Origin: Girardia tigrina
Lineage: Eukaryota
Length of the DNA stretch: 64,000 nucleotides
Direction of reading: 5' to 3'
Assembly (NCBI GenBank): GCA_001938485.1
Contig: MQRK01227093.1
Location: 18,443-82,442 of the forward strand
Shown: positions 28,287 to 41,181 of the stretch, piece by piece
Numbering within the stretch: the stretch's first letter is position 1
How the letters are laid out: the number at the start of each line of letters is the position of its first letter
Translations under genes and position numbers: made by a program
The notes under the pieces: model-generated
Database searches by the model: none
Told to the model about the DNA's origin: nothing
Seen by the model: the letters and a program-made list of their open reading frames with translations, nothing else

Positions 28287-29599
28287 TTAATGAACATAAT
28301 TTATATATTTTGGAATGGGGCTTTAAAGTTAAAAAGAAGCAGATGTCTCAATTTTAAGAATAATAAAATAACCTTTTGTAATTATTATAAATAATCAAAC
28401 TGAAAAAAATTAACAATAAACAGTTTTTTTATGAAACACTTTTTTTCCCAATTTTAAATTAATAATATAATTCCCCAGAAAATATCATTGAGTCAAATAG
28501 TTTTTCCAACAAATAAAGTATTATTTCTGGGAAATATTTTAGCAATTACATTGATGAGTAAGCCAGAAAAATTGTGAATTTTATTGGAAATGTCTAAAGA
28601 GAGTCTAGGAGATCAACGATGCAAGTGCAGTCATTCGCGCACTGCGCTCATCGTTTGAGTATCACAATTAGGAATGTCATTCCTCTCATCATCGAATCCA
28701 ATAAAAGATTCCCCGTGAATCATTGTCGCATTTGTAATTGCTTATTGATCGCCATTAACGATGTCATAACAGATTCCTCCAACTTGAGTAGCTGATTACA
28801 TCACCCCAAAAAATAATCCCAAAAAGAGCTTCAAATTATCCTAACTTAATTATAAAATTTAATATATTTCATTTTGACATCATGAAAAGAAATTAATATT
28901 AATAAGAAAATATATCGTATAAAATTTGCATATTTCATACAGTTTAATGAGTCAAAGGTTAATCTTTTCCCGCAACTGTGAATGTTACATCACTCGAAAT
29001 AGATTACACAATATTTTAATCTATTTTATTTAACGGTTTATTCGAAATTATATGGAAAAATAGAATCATATCAGTGACATTTGACTCGATTTTAGTTATA
29101 TTGTACCTATAAGACGCTTTTAATTTAGATTCTTTTTCCTTTTGTTAATCATTTTCAAGTTTTTTAATGACTTATAAATTAGAATTCTATTGTCAAAGTT
29201 TTGTACCGTGTTCTTGGAGTGGTACTTTAGAAAGGTTGTACATTAATATAGATGAATTTGCATAAGTTTAAAAGGATTTATGGAATTTTTATCATTTTTT
29301 TTAGAAAAAAGAACCAATGTCTTTGCCGGTAATTTTCTCACTTCAATTTACGAAATGATTGATCAAAATTATAGAAATGCATAAATGGATCTCTTCTTTC
29401 AGCTCTTACTTGTATCAAAATTGTAGACATAATGTGTAATGGTTCAATCAATCTTTTGGTTCCAGTAAAATAATAGCTCCAACATATACTCTTTCGAAAT
29501 TATATTTTAATATTTATTAAAAATATTTTATTTATTTGATTTTGTAATTTTTTGAAAAGAACGAAACTTTGTCTATTTTTGATGGCGCAACAATCGTTT

Positions 29600-30450
29600 T
29601 ATATTAATTGAATATATTTTGACAATGACTTGATCGAGATCAATGTAGAAAAAAATACATATTTACAACTCATAAAATAAACGCCTAAAAATAATGATTA
29701 GAAAGATTCAAGAATGTTTACATTTTTTTTGTTATTATCAATCTAGTAGGATTAGTAAAGAAGGATCAAGAAGAGATTATAAGAATCTTGAATTGTTCTT
29801 CTAATATTCTTCAACCGTTTTTTTTAAATTGATTTTAAGACATTCTAACTTTTTAAATTTTTTTCGAAAAATGAAATAATATCGTACGAAATAAGAAGTC
29901 TATAGAAACTTTTGCATGGATGAAAGTCTCGTTATTATGGAAAGGAAGGTTATATCAGTCATCAAAAATGGTATTGAAAGGTCATAATTTTGAAATAAAA
30001 ATGTTCATCAAAAGTTATTCTGAATGTAACATTTGAAATGGATACAACAACTAAATGGCAGCAGACGTTAATCTCAGTTTTATTGGCTCCGTTGTCATGT
30101 CCATGACTTGGACCCTGATTGTAAAAAAAAGTAAAACTCTTTTCTAACCCATGGTTACTTGTTGCAAAATGAAAGAATAATCAAGTAAAGGATATGCTTG
30201 AAATTCACACTTTTACTTTTTGAAAAGCGAAAAACAAATCTCCATTTGTAAGTCAACATTTATCAACGCATTTACAAAGAATATAAGTGAAGTAAATGAA
30301 ACAGAATCTACAACCATTGAGGCTAATAGTAAAACACTTTCAAAATTATATACTGCAGAAGATACGTAAATGCAAAAGATAAAAAGAAATTGCTTTTGTG
30401 CTGTTCAAAAAGTATTCTTCAACAAAACGATTTTTCATTGGGACCTCTTC
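29600..30450 (+). pseudogene. piggyBac (PGBD4-like) transposase remnant
   Basis: Broken motifs FFVIINLVGLVKK, ILRHSNF, CMDESL..WKGRL and HNFEIKMF occur in piggyBac order. Confidence 0.55.
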
Positions 30451-33354
30451 TGAGCGTTCTTGATTGTTTTAATGTGTGCTTAAAAAAGTAGACTTCTAAC
30501 AATCCAAATAATATTATATAATATTTTAGGGATTTTTTTTCATTTTTTCCTATTTTTAATTATTTAAATTTCTAATTCAGCAAAAATTCTCAACTTAACA
30601 GAGTCGACTTATTTAGGTTATCATTTACAGTGGATGAGAATTTTTGCAATTAAAAAATTAAAAAAAAACTTTTTAAATTATTTGATCTTTACAAAAAAAA
30701 TGTCTTAAATATATTACAATTGAGTCAATTATGTTATTATTATTTTATATTTGAAAATTTCTATTAAATATCATGACGTAAATTTTTTTGGATAATTAAG
30801 AATACTTTTCTCTGAATTCAGAATAATCCAGTAATTATAAGAATTTATTATTATTAATTATAAATAAAACAAACGAAATATAAAAATTATAATTAAAGTA
30901 TTTATTGATTCTTTTTTACCCTCTCCAAATCAGACCCATTACAAAATACTTCCTAAAACGTATTTACCATAAAATTTAAAAAATTAATAAAAAACACATA
31001 AAAAGTAAAATTAAATACAATTTTAAAAAAATGTGAAAAATTTAAGGCAGGATTATTGACAATTATTCAGTATCTTTAGGGATCTTTCAAACAGTTATTT
31101 CGAAAATTAATAACTGATTTTATTATTCTTAAAAATAAACTAAAATTTGTATAAGAAAAACACAACAATAAAAATCTGATAACACCAAGATAAAAATTCA
31201 TAAAATCCCAAACTGAATACAATGAATACAGTTTTATTATCATTGACGAAACACAGTTTCGTCACTTTCTTCGACAGCGAGTCGCGGTAGATCCTCCATG
31301 GGTAGATTTTCCTGCTGTGCAAATTGTTCCCAATTTAAGAAATCAAAATATCTCAATTTGTTGTACTATTAATGTTACATGATTTTTTTATTAAATATCC
31401 AAAAATTAAGAACTAAATTGATTTTGTCGTTCTTTTCCATTAATTATTTCAAGAAAAACAAGAAAAATTATGTTGATTGTTGACTTCACTCAACACAATT
31501 GTTTAGAAGTTGAGCAAGAAACAAAGTAGATAAATATGATTAAATAAACCAAAATATTCTTAAATCGCGAAACTATTAATTATATTCTAATTCCAAAAAC
31601 AATGATCATTATTATTATTTTTAATGTATTTAATAGAATAATTTTTAGAGCATTTTGCAACTTAAAAAGCAAATTTCATGTTGTACCATCGAGTTTAAAA
31701 TGAACTTTTCTGATAAAAATTGATCAACAAACAGAAATTAGAAAAGTGATTCATTAATTAAATAAAAGTTAACATTCAGTAAAATTATGTAAAAAGAAAT
31801 TCTAAAATAGTATTTCTTAAAAATGATAAAAATATAAATAAAAAAATATTAAATTAAATCTAAGATCAGTAAAACGAGATTATAATTATTGGTATTTAAA
31901 AATTAAAACTATTTAAAAAAAACAAAAAAAGACAACACTTACTATAATCCCATGTCTTCATCCAAACGGAAATTGTGAGCAGAAGAATCATTGATTTCAT
32001 CTATTCAAAAGAATTCCATCAGAAAGTGATAAGTAAAATTATAATTTCCTAGTTTTTTTTTCTATGAAAAAAAACTATATCGATAATAGTAAAACAGTTG
32101 TCATTTGGTGGTTGGAAATAGAGTAAAGAATAATCATAATAAATCAAGAACTTCGTGAGCATAAAATATTGTTTCATAAATGTATAAAAATCTCTGGGAA
32201 AAATTTCCAACTACACTCGACTAATGAACCAAATGTTCTACTTTCATTAAAATAGATATCTGAAAATGCCCCCTGCTGATATTATAATTTGGGATAGTTG
32301 TCAATCATCATACCAGGTCAAATCAGTAAACCAGTTAAATATCATAACAATACTCCTTATATAGGATGATTTCCAATTCCTGGGACTACTTGCATTATGT
32401 TAATTTACCATAAACATTATAATTTACCAAAGGCTGAATGATGATTACAAATCAATTCAAGCATGATTGACACTGTTAAATTTGATCTGTTTTTGTGTGA
32501 CATTATGTTTTATTTATGTTTCTCATTGAAAAAAAGTACCTACGACATCATTTTTACATACCCAAACGTATCAAAGTTTTTCTTATTAGTAGAATGTCTT
32601 ACAAATCACAAAAATTCCTCAATTTTCAATTGGCAATTTAGTTGAATTTATTTTCTTTTCTAACGAAAAAAAATCACTTTTTAGAAAAATAATTTTTTCT
32701 ATGAGAAATTAATTTACATTTAACTTACATTTTTTATCAAAAGATATTTGAATAAAATGATTTAAATTAATCATATTTTTCGTTACTCTATTTGAAAAAT
32801 TAAAGTTAATAATTAAAACACATTCAAGGTCATCAATTTTTTATATATAAAAAAATTTTTATCTGAAAAAAATACAAATTTTTCTGAATTTGAGAATAAA
32901 AAATTTAGTGATTAAATTTTTTATCTTTTATTTATGAAGAAAAATGTTTTAGAATTAATTGTTTATCTACAATTTTATTTTAATTATTAATTTGGCTTTA
33001 TAAAACTTACATGAAAGTAAATCTTTTAATTGGTAAATTACAATAAAAATGTTAATTGTTCAAATTTTTAAAAAAAATTCCAAGAAAAAAGTTTGTAATA
33101 TTTCGCGATATTAGCTGACATACACCAATTAACAAATTATTAAATTAACTTTCCTTTATCTACACGGGTTAGGATAAATCAGATGAACTTTCATTAACCA
33201 AAAGTTGTTTAATGTTAAATAAACGAATAAAAAAAGTATCAAAACAAATTAATATAAACTGATTTCCATCAATAATATTTAATCATTAGAAAATTATTTT
33301 ATTTTGATTATGTTATTAAAAAATAATTAAGTAATGATTCATCATTTAACATAA

Positions 33355-33708
33355 AAAATACATATTAAGATGAAAATGTAATTTTATTTTTCTGATTAAA
33401 ATGATGCGGTCAGTGGAAAATTACAGCTATAATTCCTTTGTATAGTTTACTAAAATGTTTACTAAATTTAAGAAGAATTTTAATTAAAATAAAATATAAT
33501 TTTTAATCAGTTAAAATTTGTATTAGTTTTAATTTATTATGACTTTATTGTTTAACATAAATTTTATTTAATTATTTAATTAAAATTCTTCTTAAATTTA
33601 GTAAACATTTTAGTAAACTATACAAAGGAATTATAGCTGTAATTTTCCACTGACCGCATCATTTTATTCAGAAAAATAAAATTACATTTTCATCTTAATA
33701 TGTATTTT
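33355..33708. repeat. Near-perfect long inverted repeat (~134-bp arms, ~85-bp spacer)
   Basis: 33355-33488 is the reverse complement of ~33575-33708, with one mismatch seen. Confidence 0.9.
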
Positions 33709-36040
33709 ATTCTGATTCATTTTCATTATAATTTTTTTATTTGAATGAATAAATACTGAAAAGTTTGAATCAAATAACACGAGTATCGTCAGGTTCTTTC
33801 TTGCTCAAATTTTTATTTCATGCTTCTTTTTCATGATAATTTTTTTATCTTCGGTTGAAATTAAAATATTGTGGAAGGTACTTGTATTATAATGTTTATT
33901 GTAGTAAAATGTAACAAAAAATAAATAACAGGTATAAATAAATGTAATAATTGTGATTAATTAATCAGTTAATTAATTTATTTAAGATATTAAAAAAAGA
34001 AAGCTGTTTGATTCTAAAATTGAATATATTAGCTTCTTAAAAGTAATCATAATTTTTAATTTATATAATAAATTTTTCCTTTCTAGGCAATTATTTTTTT
34101 ATAGTTGAGCTTGGAAAGAATATTTTTATCATTAGTAGATTTGTAAATTACTATTGTTGGGTTTTAAATCTGTAAATTTAAATATTTACTTTTTAAAACA
34201 CAAATCTTTAATTGTTAATCTTACTCCAATTAATCAGTAAGGACTTCCAACATAAATATTTAAATAATGAACACAATTTCTTTTATGAAACTTGATTTTC
34301 AAATAACAAAAATTAACACGTAGAACGATAATAATTATTCAATTCTTTGATGACAGAACACAAACAAAAATCAATATTTCCTGTGAGTTAACAGATTTCT
34401 GTAAAAACTCTGAATCTCCAAAACGAACAATGATTTGTTTTCAACTTTAAAAATTTGTTCTCCCATACTGGATACTTATGGTTTTATTTAACTTTGAAAA
34501 TATAAAGGAAAAATTATTAATAACTTTACTTGCGTACTATTGAAAAGAGCAATTTCTTGAGTTAAATTTTTGTATAATTTTTTTGGGCAGATTTTCAGGC
34601 AAACTAAACTAAATTTGCTACTGCTTATATAGTAGTTTTCATTAGCCTTGAAAATTGATCAAATAAACAAATACTAAAATATTTATAGTTTTTAATTCCA
34701 AATTTTGTTAAACTAAATATTATTTTGTCTAAAATTAATAATTTTATTTAACGAATTATTTTAAATTTTTTTCTACATACGAATTGTATCAAAAATGTTC
34801 CTTAGTATCTATGGAAACCCAAGCACTATGAATGGTAGATTTTTTGAGATAGACTAATTTGGAAAAAAAAAGAAATTTTTAGTTATAAAGTTTTTGGAAA
34901 CCCAAGTATCAAAGTATTATGAAAAAAATGTTAATGCCTCTAAATTTTTTGTATCTATCTTTAAATTTTGCAAACACTGATGCTTACATAGAAAAGATAA
35001 GTAAACTTTATCATGCATATGAACAGTTATACAAAAGTAGAAATTCTATTTTAATAAATGGATTTGGATGAAATGATTAAATTATGGAAGAAATTTGTTT
35101 AAGTTTGTGTGTAAATTTCATTAAAAGATTTTGGTGTGAAATTATGACTTCTAATATTGAATTAACCATGATAAAAGATAATGTAAATGTAACTAACATG
35201 TTGGGAAGTGCTGCACTGGATATCTTCTCTAGTGAATTGTTACCTGAAAAATTCCGTAAAGGTGACAAAGGGGATACATTCATAAAGAAATACAAAACGT
35301 TTTTTTCAATTCACATGAGTCACGAAATCCAAACTGGAGATCATCGTTCAATGTTTATTGGACAAGGGCTTGAATGAGAGATACAAATCAATCGACAAGC
35401 TAATATTTTTATACAAAGACCGTTTGTAAAAAACATTTGGTTGGTCCGCGTCTTTATTTGATTATTGGAGAGAAGCATGCTTCTATAGAATGATATATCA
35501 GAGTTTTTATTCAAAAAAATGTGGATCACTACAATGATTAAAGGTTTAATTTATCACTCCTGGTCGTTGTCTTCAACTTTTGTTAAATCTGTAGAAAGTG
35601 TTAAACTAAGTTCTTTGTTAAATCAGTGTTAGGAATTAAAAATGTTAGGAAAATTTTTGAAAGAAATTTATATTAAATATGTACAAATTAAAATTTTTAT
35701 ATAATTAAATATGTAACATTCGAAAAAATAAAATTACTAAAATTAAGATCAATTAAATTGCTAATAAAAATTTTTGAGAGTTTTAATATAATATGAAAAG
35801 TAAAAAAAGTGTATAATTTTTATGTGAAACGATTTTAAAAAAGTAACAAAATTAAATGAAACGGTTAAATATTTAAAAGTGTTATCGTAATTATAGAAGT
35901 AATAAAAAAAGCAAATATGAATATTTATATGTATTTTTATCTATATCGGTTTGAGATTTATGAAACAAATAGTTTCTCAAAAAAAATAAATTTGTATAAA
36001 TATTAGATTTAAACATTTTTGTGGTATAATAAAAGTTTTA

Positions 36041-36813
36041 ATGTCTGATATTAATAATTCTGACGAGTTTCCAAAAACCTCTAATAATCAGAATGGTTAC
36101 TCTAAATCTTTTCTAGAAAAATTAATAAAAGAAACAGTAGATAAAATACTTTTTAAAGATTTTCCGAAAAATCAGAGTTTGGCTTCTCCTGATGGATCTA
36201 AGAAAGAAATCGAAGGATCATTAGATATTAATAATATGCCTAAATATTGTTTGATTGTACCTTATTCTGAAGGATTTAAAAACTTTAAAAATGCATTGTT
36301 AAAAGGAACTAACAATGAATTAAATTTAAAAATTATATCACGATCTCATAAAATTCAAAATATGTTCACTAATAAATCTATTACACCTTTAACACTTTGT
36401 TCTGATATTGCTTATGAGTATAAATGTAATGGGTGCAATGCCACATACATTGAAGAGACTACCCGTCATCTCTGTAAACGAATTCAAGAACATGGTCGAA
36501 AAGAGAGTAAGAGTAATATTGCAGAACATAGGAAAAAATGTAAATGTGATGTTAATTTGATAATTTCAAAATTCTGTGTAAGTATTTTGACAGTTATTGG
36601 GAGAGAGTGTCGTGTGAAGCATTGTTACTTAGGTCACGTTGCCCTAAAATCAATGTTCAATCGGCAGTCTCAACCAGCTAATTGATAATTTTTGATTAGC
36701 ATGATTTCATACAATCGATTACATAATCAGCATTTTTGCATTTATATACAGGTGAATTGATTATTAATTAGTGACCTGAAGATGACGGTAGATCCGTCGA
36801 AATATATTGTCTT
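36041..36813 (+). mobile_element. 5'-truncated Penelope-like retroelement (RT thumb/linker, GIY-YIG endonuclease, 3' hammerhead)
   Basis: NGYSKSF...IVPYSEGF...IAYEYKCNGCNATYIEETTRHLCKRIQEH...SNIAEH (GIY-YIG), a frameshifted CEALLLRSRCPKINVQ tail, a GATTACATAATC-like motif and a hammerhead at the 3' end. Confidence 0.88.
36771..36813 (+). ncRNA. Minimal type I hammerhead ribozyme at Penelope 3' end
   Basis: GUGAC CUGAAGA U GACGG uagau CCGUC GAAA UAUA UU GUC: intact core, 5-bp stem II, palindromic UAUA, stem I GAC/GUC. Confidence 0.75.
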
Positions 36814-37018
36814 GAAATATATTTATATATATATATATATATATATTTATATGTCGTGTAATTATATATTAATATGTAATAACATTATTATGTTAAAAGT
36901 TACGCTTGTTTGAATAATATGAAAAATTTTGATAATTAATAAAATTATTCGAGTTTATCGATTTTATTTTTGATATCGAAAATAAAAATAAATGAAAACT
37001 GAAGTTCATCCACCGAAA

Positions 37019-37545
37019 TGGAATCCAAGAGTTTTAGAGAAATCCTAAGTCAAACACACGAACATGAAACCGAAGAATATTGCAATGAATGAAAATGTAA
37101 AAGACAAAAAATGGAAAGAAGCGTACAAATTGATCAAACTCTCAATTAATTTCGCGTTCGAGAATCATTTGTTCGATGGCCAATTCGACAGCCGTATCGT
37201 GCGATATATTGCACGTGTTGTGCGCGACGTGTCGACGAAGAAGGCGACCCGTCAAGTCGTTTCAATTTGTTCGGAGTTATCTCAAATCTGTTGGACATTA
37301 ACAAAAGATTTCACGAGAAATTTTCCTGCAATTTCTATTTCACATTGTCCAATGCATTGTTGGATTTGGTGAAACTGATAATCGTTCATATTTTGAGTAT
37401 GGCGGAAAAGAAAAGCGATGAAAACGAAAGCAGTGAACGGAATCCCGCCTTCATTAGGGCGAAAATTATTGACTGCATGCTGAGAGCCCTGACTGAAGGC
37501 GATAAAATCGAATTGGCCTTATTCGGTCAAACAACCATGACATAT
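37019..37545 (+). pseudogene. CpG-rich, frameshifted gene-like segment of unknown identity
   Basis: Two overlapping frames (37064-37372 and 37267 onward) read as one helical-looking protein with a frameshift near 37270. Composition is exon-like; no family recognised. Confidence 0.3.
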
Positions 37546-37754
37546 ATTTATTTATATTTAGATAATAATAAATTAAATAATTACGATAATGATAAAGACA
37601 AAAATAATAATAAAAATAATAATGAATTAAATGATAATAATAATAAAAATAATATTAGAAAACAAAATGATAACGAATGTCCTTTCTCCCTTTCAACGAA
37701 GAATAAAAAAGTCGCTTCCACTGCGCTGCTACCGCAACATTTATACATATGTTG

Positions 37755-38103
37755 TATATATTTTATATTATAAGTCACTCACTGCCTGCCTCACTGCCTC
37801 ACTAACGCTGTAAGGTAAATTTTTGAAATGATTTTATAATCAATAAAGAAATGATTGTATATTAATAAATATTATAATATTGTAAGATTAGAGATATTGT
37901 AACCGTAATTTCTTAAATATCATTTTGTCTCGAGATATGATTTTCAAACTTTGCATTAAACAGAAATAAAAACTTTTGTTATACGATTTTTATATTCGAA
38001 ACACTGAAATTTTCAATAAAAATGCTTTCAGAAAAAAGTCGCGTGATCTAATAACATTGAACCCCCGGCAAGAGAGGGCCGCGAAGCGGGCCTAGCACGC
38101 TAG
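37755..38103 (+). mobile_element. Non-autonomous Helitron
   Basis: GC hairpin GGCCGCGAAGCGGGCC, then a CTAG|T terminus at 38100-38104. A (TCAC/TGCC) microsatellite near the 5' end resembles Lep1/DINE-type elements. The 5' boundary is approximate. Confidence 0.65.
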
Positions 38104-38269
38104 TTTATTTATATTTAAATAACAATAAGTTAAATAATAATCATTATAATAATGATAATAATAAGTATGATTATCTTCCTCTTCCAATTTTAACGACCCT
38201 TTCAACAAATGAAAAAAGACGCTTTCATTGTGCTGCTGTCGCAACAGTAATGCAGATCGTAGGTTAACC

Positions 38270-39180
38270 AAATGTTATAGAAATAGTAAAAAAACATCAA
38301 AGAGATTTTATGGTGGACAAATGGGATGTAGGATGTTCAACAATGATAACACAGGATAAACACAAGAAAAACAAATAGATAAAAAGACTCCGAGGATAAA
38401 CGCAGTGAATACGACAGAAAGATCCAAATGTCAACTGGAAGATGTCGAAGGAATAAAAAAGTATAATATCAGATAAATGTAAAAACCTTACCGATGATAG
38501 AACAAGTACGAACAAGAGAATGATAAGGATACCAGGAGTAGAGAGAAAATAAATGATTATGAAATGAAATACGAATCAGTTGACCATAAGGTGATGGACC
38601 TCGATGATTTTATTCTCTACACAATTATCAAAAAGGATCTGATTGTGTGAAGGTATATTTGGATAAAATCGAATTAACGGTTAGGAAATTGATTAAGTAC
38701 TAGTACAATGAAACTAAATGAAATTCATATTTCTGGGTGCCTTGTACAAAAAAATGTAATTATAAGAGAATTGGCCTTCAGAAACGCAGATGAAGTCCAC
38801 TAAATTAAATAAAAATTATTTAAATTATTTAAATTATTAAATTATTATATTAAATTATTAAATTATTTATAAAATATATACTATTGATAAAGAATATGTT
38901 TGAGAAATCTCAATTATCCAAAAAAACACTCATGCAACGATTTTTCAACAGAAACAAAAATTCCCCGCTTCAGTGTAAAACAAACGATTCAATAGAACGC
39001 TGATAGTATGCCAGAAATGGATGTATATCGGAATAAACCGGTATGTTGGTCTTGTCAATAAGAAGGATGTCATGAGAAATGGCCCCAATCGATAAGTAAA
39101 ATGTTAATCATGTGGATAACAGGGATTTGTCAGAGATGAATGTAAAAATATTACTTGTTTCGGTTTTAAGAACATGAATT
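38270..39180 (+). pseudogene. Gypsy-type gag/pol remnants
   Basis: Decayed tandem zinc knuckles VCWSCQ*EG.., KC*SCG*QGFVRDECKNITCF. The fragment EIVKKHQRDFMVDKWDVGCST resembles the pre-RT segment of the 56-58 kb element. Confidence 0.5.
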
Positions 39181-39495
39181 ATGTTCCATCCGACCTCCAT
39201 GTTGTCCCGAAGACAGGACATTGGTAGCAGAGACATGTCGCATGGCTCTCTGGAATTTTCTACTTGGTCCATTATATTTCATTTAGATTGATCATTATTA
39301 TTTTTTCATTTCTATTAGTTAAGAATCTATTTAATCGTTAGTAACAATTGAATTCAAGTTTTCAGACAAATCAAAACACAAAGTTGATTTCAAAATTTAA
39401 ATAAAAAAAGAAATTTTAATTAACAAAAAAATTGTATAAAAATATTAACCATTTCAAAAGAAATTTTAAAAAAAATGTTATTAAAATTTTTATTC

Positions 39496-40840
39496 ATGGG
39501 CACCGGCACCAATGGGCAAGGGGGCCATTGCCCCCTTGGAAAATCAAATATTCTTAATTTATTTTATCATGAATATTAATCGTTAAATTGTAGCGTTACG
39601 ACAACATTAATACTTGAAATTTTTCAAGCCCTACTGTAATAACAAGTTTACTACATATAGCATAAAATTTCTTTTTTATAATTATGAAATTTTCATCTGG
39701 GTGCCAGATCTCGAATTGTCATACAGTTTAAAATGTAAAATGTTTTGAATTATTATTTTTGGATTAAATTTTATAATTATGTTAATTGTTTTTGTTTAAA
39801 TAACATTTAAAAATGCTTTTTTAAAATCGCTATTATAAGTACGTAAATTTCTTGGTTTTTTAAAATTTCCTTTTAGAATAGTATTATAATATTAAAGATT
39901 TTGTTTTTGGCGGCGTAATGAATATAAGAAAAAATTTAATTCCGACATCAGATCTGATTGAATCTGGTTGCAGCAAGAAAATAAAGTTAGCGGAAAGTAA
40001 TTACAAACAGGTAATTACTTCTAAATCTGAGTCTAATGACGAAAATATCAATAAGCAACTGTCACACTACACTGAATCTGATATTAATTGCGATATTGGA
40101 ATTTATATTCATGCAAAATGAAAGCCTATTTCTTCTGAACTTAGACATCAGTTATTGAAGAATGTTTTCAAACCAACAGAAAATTACAATTTCAAAGAAG
40201 ACGCAATTGAAAAAAATCGAAGTTTTAGACATACTTGGCTTTCGCAGTACTCGCCAAGGTTGGCTTATTCACCAAAACTAAAAGGAACCCTTTGCATTTA
40301 TTGTGTTCTGCTTCCCCAAACATTCATTGTGGTTTTCAAGGTATATTTATTACGTCGGCTTTTTCAAAATATAAACATTTTCATGAATGTGCTAAAAACC
40401 ATATTCAATCTGTGTGACACAAAGGATGTCAACAAGATGCTCAAACTTTCCTGGATATAAAAAATGATAGCAGTAAGAATATTTTGATTGATGAATAATA
40501 AAACTTGATGATTCCAAACAACTGTTCAGGAGAATAGAAACAAATTATATCCAATTCTATCATCAATAATATTTTGCTGTATGAATGACATAGCTCTTAG
40601 AGGAAAAGAAAGTGATAGGAGGAATGTATAAGATTCATTTTCTTTTCGAATAGAAGCCAATGATAAAGCATTAAAAATGCATTTAGAAATAGCTCGTCGT
40701 AAGGAACGTTAGACTTCTCACATGACGCAAAATTAACTAATTAATATATGCGAAAATATCCTTCGCAAATATATTGTTTCGGTTGCCAATAACTCCATTG
40801 GCTTTTCACTTTTAGCGGATGAAACTGGAGATATATCAGT
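39496..40840 (+). mobile_element. 3'-truncated hAT transposon (ZMYM1/P52rIPK-like transposase, TTF zinc finger)
   Basis: hAT-like left end CATGGGCACCGGC..GGGCAAGGGGGCCATTGCCCCC; RSFRHTWLSQY..LAYSPKLKGTLCIYCVL; DIALRG; TQN*LINICE; GFSLLADETGDIS. Ends abruptly against the calreticulin 3' region. Confidence 0.85.
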
Positions 40841-41087
40841 ATATATATACACAATCACAGCTAACGACACGCGTACTCGCACACGCACACAGTCATCAAA
40901 TCAGAACAGTCCATTCGGACATTACTTCTATATTTATAACGATACATTCGCAAATTGAAACTTTACTACAAATAAGAAAACAGAAAATAATGTTCAATAA
41001 AGTTACAACGAGCGTAACGAGTGTGCCGCTGCGCATGCTGTCGCACTCGGAGGAGGAGCTGGAGAGAGCGCCCGCCGCTGCATGACT

Positions 41088-41114
41088 CTACAGCTCGGTT
41101 CGCTCGGACTTCTC
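41088..41114 (-). CDS. CALR: Calreticulin exon 5 (27 coding nt, EKSERTEL*; KDEL-like ER-retention signal)
   Basis: Strong pyrimidine-rich acceptor ttctctgtttttctcAG, 67-nt intron, in-frame EKSERTEL-TAG. Total spliced CDS is 1233 nt = 410 aa, a typical calreticulin length. Confidence 0.85.
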   Translation of the reverse strand, partial: EKSERTEL

Positions 41115-41181
41115 CTGAGAAAAACAGAGAAAGAAATTAACTGTTGAGAGAAACTCGACTTTCTAATGAACTCAAATCAAC

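Noticed and set aside
31140-32500. Cluster of possible minus-strand exons (acceptor near 31314, GTAAGT donor near 31942)
   Set aside because: I could not assemble a consistent stop-free spliced frame or recognise a family.
35084-35560. 97-aa ORF, possible Merlin/ISXO2 transposase remnant
   Set aside because: Only a vague IGQGLE*EIQIN resemblance; no TIRs or intact catalytic motifs.
40819-41085. 88-aa plus-strand ORF antisense to the calreticulin 3' UTR
   Set aside because: Chimeric between the hAT remnant and UTR sequence; no homology recognised.
41088-41090. Genome-wide TAG reassignment (alternative genetic code)
   Set aside because: TAG ends calreticulin exactly after a KDEL-like signal and the host exons have no internal TAG/TAA, so the standard code fits.
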